Source: Callorhinchus milii (taxonomy: Eukaryota). Taken from it: a stretch of DNA of 64,000 bases. Position 1 is the first letter of the stretch. Each line of letters opens with the position of its first letter. The notes beneath the pieces were generated by a model. That model ran no database searches, was not told the DNA's origin, and saw only the letters and a program-made list of their open reading frames with translations. Shown one piece after another: positions 60,383 to 64,000 of this stretch. The DNA lies in the NCBI RefSeq assembly GCF_018977255.1, contig NW_024704743.1, positions 109,370,001 through 109,434,000 of the forward strand, read 5' to 3'. The position numbers and the translations under genes are program-made.

Positions 60383-61647
60383 TTTCATGCTTAACAAATC
60401 TTTTAGATTTTTTTGAGGACATGTCAAGTAGGTTAGATAGGGGCAATCAGTGGATGTCGTGCATTTAGATTTCCAAAAGCATTCAATAAGGTGCCCCATA
60501 AGAGGTTGATCCACAAGATTAGGGCCCATGGAATTAAGGGGAATATATTATCATAGATTGAAGAATGGCTAACGGGAAGAAAACCAAAGAGTAGGGATAA
60601 ACTGGTCCTTCTCAGATTGGTGGGATGTGACTAGTGGAATGCCATAAGGATTAGTGCTTGGGCCTCAATTATTTACAATCTACATCAACGATCTAGATGA
60701 GGACATCGAACTTAATATATCCAAATTCGCGGATGACACTAAACTAGAAGGGAGAGTAAACACTGAGGATGACATTTAAAAAAAATGCAACAAGATATAG
60801 ATAGGCTAGGTGAGTGGGCAAATAGGTGGCAGATGAAGTATAATGCAGGGAATTCTGAAGTCATCCACCCAGGTGGCTAAAACAGTAGAGCAGATTATTT
60901 TTTAGAACGGGAGAAACGAGATAGTGTTAGCATTCAGAGGGACTTGGGTGTCCTTGTACACACCAGTCACAAAAAGTTAGTTTGCCGGTATAGCAAGCAA
61001 TCAGGAAGGCTAATGGTGTGTTGGTATTTGTTACAAAAGGGTTAGAATATAAGAGTAGGGAAGTCTTGCTGCAAATGTATAGGGCCCTGGTGAGACCGCA
61101 CCTAGAGTATTATGTGCAGTTTTGGTCTCCTTATTTAAGAAAGGATGTACTCGCCTTGGAGGGCTACAACGTAAATTCACTAGGTTGGTACCTGGGATGA
61201 GTTATGAGGATAGGTTGAGCAATTTAGGCCTATATTCTCTAGAATGTAGAAGAATGAGAGGTGATCTTATAGAAACCTATATGATTATTAAGGGGCACAA
61301 CAGAATAGATAGTGGGAGACTTTTTCCCCTGGTTGGAGAAACTATGACCAGGGGTCATAGTCCTAAAATTAGGGGTAAGCCCTTTTGCACTGAGTTGAGG
61401 AAAAACTTCTTCATTCAGAGGGTAGTGAATTTATGGAATTCTCTACCCCAAAGGGCTGTAGATGCTCAGTCCTTGAACATATTCAAGACTGAGATTGATA
61501 GATTTCTTGTGGATAAAGGGATTAAGGGATATGGGGATAAGGTGGGTAGGTGGAGTTAGAATAGATCAGCCATGATCTTATTGAATGGCGGGGCAGGCTC
61601 GAGGGGCCGAATGGCCTACTCCTGCTCCTAATTCTTATGTTCGTATG
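60383..61647 (+). mobile_element. CR1-clade LINE, 5'-truncated RT and 3' UTR
   Basis: [75 protein letters not shown]. Tail GATCAGCCATGATCTTATTGAATGGCGG...GAATGGCCTACTCCTGCTCCTA. Confidence 0.95.
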
Positions 61648-61685
61648 CACGACTCACCTAATGTGCTTTGATGTTGGTACTATAA

Positions 61686-62000
61686 AGAGTCCTGTAGCTC
61701 AGTGGTTAGAGCACTCGCTTTGCAAGCGAGAGACCCGAGTACAATTCCAGACAGGGCGAAACCTTGGGCAAGTTTCCTTACTCCACACATCTAATAATAA
61801 TCCCTCCAAAACCAAAAACAATAATAAATTGGTTATTTTCAATCTACGACTGTTTGTGGGACATTGCTGTGCGCAATTGGCTGCTGCATTCGCCCACAAA
61901 TATACAGTCAATTCACTTTACAGTGTGTTCTGTGAAGCGCTTTGGGACGTCCTCCCGACGTGAAAAGCACTATATCAAATGCAAGGATTATTATTATTAT
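61686..62000 (+). mobile_element. Young SINE, short subfamily, full length
   Basis: GAGTCCTGTAGCTCAGTGGTTAGAGCACTCGCTTTGCAAGCG...GGGACGTCCTCCCGACGTGAAAAGC...(ATT)n. Confidence 0.92.
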
Positions 62001-62074
62001 AAAATGTCCAAAGTTTATTTTTAAAATGGTATTTTCTGTATTTTCTGTAGGTACACTGAAGTATATTAAGAATA

Positions 62075-62467
62075 TTTGCATTTGATATTGCACCTCTCAC
62101 ACTGTTGAGGTATCTCAAGGCACTTCACAAGATTTTACTGTGACAAGTAATGACTGTAGTTACTTCCAGACAAATACAGCAGCCATTTTCTCACATCAAC
62201 GTCCACGAAGTTATAAAGTGAATGACCAATTTTATCTGTCAGACTGTTGGTCAGAAACATTTTTTTAAAATAGTGCCAAGAACAGGCACAGATGAAACAT
62301 TGGCTTAACATTTCACCTGAAGGACAGTACCTCTAACAATATAGCACAGCTCCAGCACCTTACGAGTGTCAGCCTAGCCTACAAACTCAAAGTCCTGAGG
62401 TAGGGCTTCACTTCCCAACCTTCTGTCTCAGAGGCAAGAATGCTATCCACTCTGACACTTGACACCA
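62075..62467 (-). mobile_element. Old DeuSINE-like element
   Basis: Reverse-complement tail (TTGCATTTGATATTGCACC), GCAGCCATTTT, AATAGTGCCA, GTGTCAGCCTAG, and head CCAACCTTCTGTCTCAGAGGCAAGAATGCTA. Confidence 0.65.
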
Positions 62468-64000
62468 GTACTAATGAGAATATATTTGGGTGTGTTTTCT
62501 AAGTAGGCACAACATACGATGATTTTAATGACAAACATCCAAGTATTATAGGAACTTGATCTTATGATTCTATTTTCTGGCACATTTGCAAACTGATCAA
62601 GATGGGTGCTGACATGCGAAATTTAAAAAGGTTCTGTCTGAGCTGTTTGAGAGGAGGAGGGAGTAGAAAATGAATCTGCAATCAACAATTTCAAGAGAAT
62701 GAGGCAGCATGCAGTATTAACTTCTATGGTACTGACTCATTCAAATTTCTAACATGCAACTCTTAAGAGAATGCTTAATATACTCTTAACTGCAATGCGC
62801 CTCGCAATTGAGATGTTGAATGTAGTTTCTTCACATTGCCTATGCCGGTTATGAATATAAATGATTTGTCAATTTAGTTCAAGTTGCACTTAGCGAGAAT
62901 TTTCAGCATAATCTGGCAGGTAGTACATGTGGCAGGTCTGTTTATAATATTATATTAGTCACTGTTTTTAGCTTTAATTGCTTGAAACTTGAATAGACTA
63001 ATCTCTAGGTGATATGCAATACCTACCGCTTGCTGTGTTGAATACAAATTAGTATCGTTTGGATAAATGTTGCTTTTAACCAGTTTGCAGCTGATTGTTT
63101 TGAATTAAATGGATCCTATAATAAAATACTTACTATCTAAGGTGTCTAATGTTGAAAGTTTTCATTTAGCATTCTTATTCTTAGACTTTGCACTTAAGTG
63201 AAAATTCGAAAATTACCCCTAAAATTTGTTCTTGAAATAATTGCATCCAGACATTGCATTTGTGAATCGGTTCTTGATACTATATAATTTGTACCTCCTT
63301 TACGCACTGATTCAGTGCAATTGTTCAGATCACTTTGAGAAGGTGTTACTCATGACAAGCTTGAATTTGAAAGACCATCTAGTGGCCTAAGCTATTTCTT
63401 TTGTTTAGTGTTGAATGCTGAATTACATTATTTCACATGATTCATAGGAATCAGTGCATCAGCCAGAGACGTCATTCAAAACATTTACTTTTTTGTCGAC
63501 TTTCTTGGCTGAAATCACAAGATGTTTTTCTTCTTTGACCCAACCTCTTTTTTTGTTTCCACGGCCGTTGCAATTTTTAAATATGTGTGTGTATGTGTGT
63601 TTTCATTACCAACGCAGGGCNTTTTTTGGTTGCTTTTCACTCCACCTTGATACGTTAGAACTTTTGATGTATGACATCTGAATCATCCACAATTGGGGTT
63701 TTCAAGTAGGTGGACATGTTCAAAGATGTATAAACTCTTCCCTGAGAGACAGGTCCAATGGAGTCTGAACCAAGTCAGCCATCCTCTGACTCGACTTGGG
63801 AATGAGTTTTTGTGGTGCAGACTCAAAAAGCTTGTCATAATAATAATAATAATCCTTGCACTCGATATAACTTAATGTTGTTGCAACATCTCAAAGAATT
63901 TACTGTGAAGTATGGTGACTGTATTTTGTAGGCAAATATACAGCAGCCATTATATGCACAGCAACATCTTACAAACAACCATTGAATAAATGAATAATTT

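Noticed and set aside
1112..63875. Most short ORFs in the supplied track (e.g. ...NWLPRSPTNIQSIHF..., ...YYYYY)
   Set aside because: Translations of SINE/LINE copies or chance ORFs in AT-rich intron sequence.
51137..64000. Next SGK3 exon (LKKQFP...KIPAKRIFGDNFDP)
   Set aside because: Not found by eye in any frame; probably beyond the window, though a miss is possible.

Overview
Repeat-rich vertebrate genomic DNA, most consistent with a cartilaginous fish, possibly a holocephalan such as the elephant shark (inferred from the DeuSINE/L2/CR1 repertoire and the SGK3 sequence). The only host gene recognised is SGK3 (+ strand). It has a CpG-island promoter or non-coding first exon at about 10.2-12.4 kb, a first intron of about 36 kb, and two PX-domain coding exons (48293-48370, 51053-51136). 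The next exon was not found in the window. The rest is mostly L2 and CR1 LINE fragments, young tRNA-derived SINEs (two subfamilies), older DeuSINEs, a Gypsy fossil, MITEs and a 28S rRNA fragment. The standout is a decayed foamy-like (spumaretroviral) endogenous retrovirus at 12677-15408 (minus strand). It keeps a PPT, a TG...CA LTR whose ends resemble prototype foamy virus (PFV) LTR ends, and PR/RNase H/IN pieces. These are interleaved with host ZNF236-like zinc-finger coding sequence, suggesting host-gene capture by a foamy-like virus. Two diverged copies of an unidentified protein-coding fossil (about 17.2 kb and 23.5 kb) also stand out. All family assignments come from manual translation and recalled consensus sequences, with no database search, and repeat boundaries are approximate.
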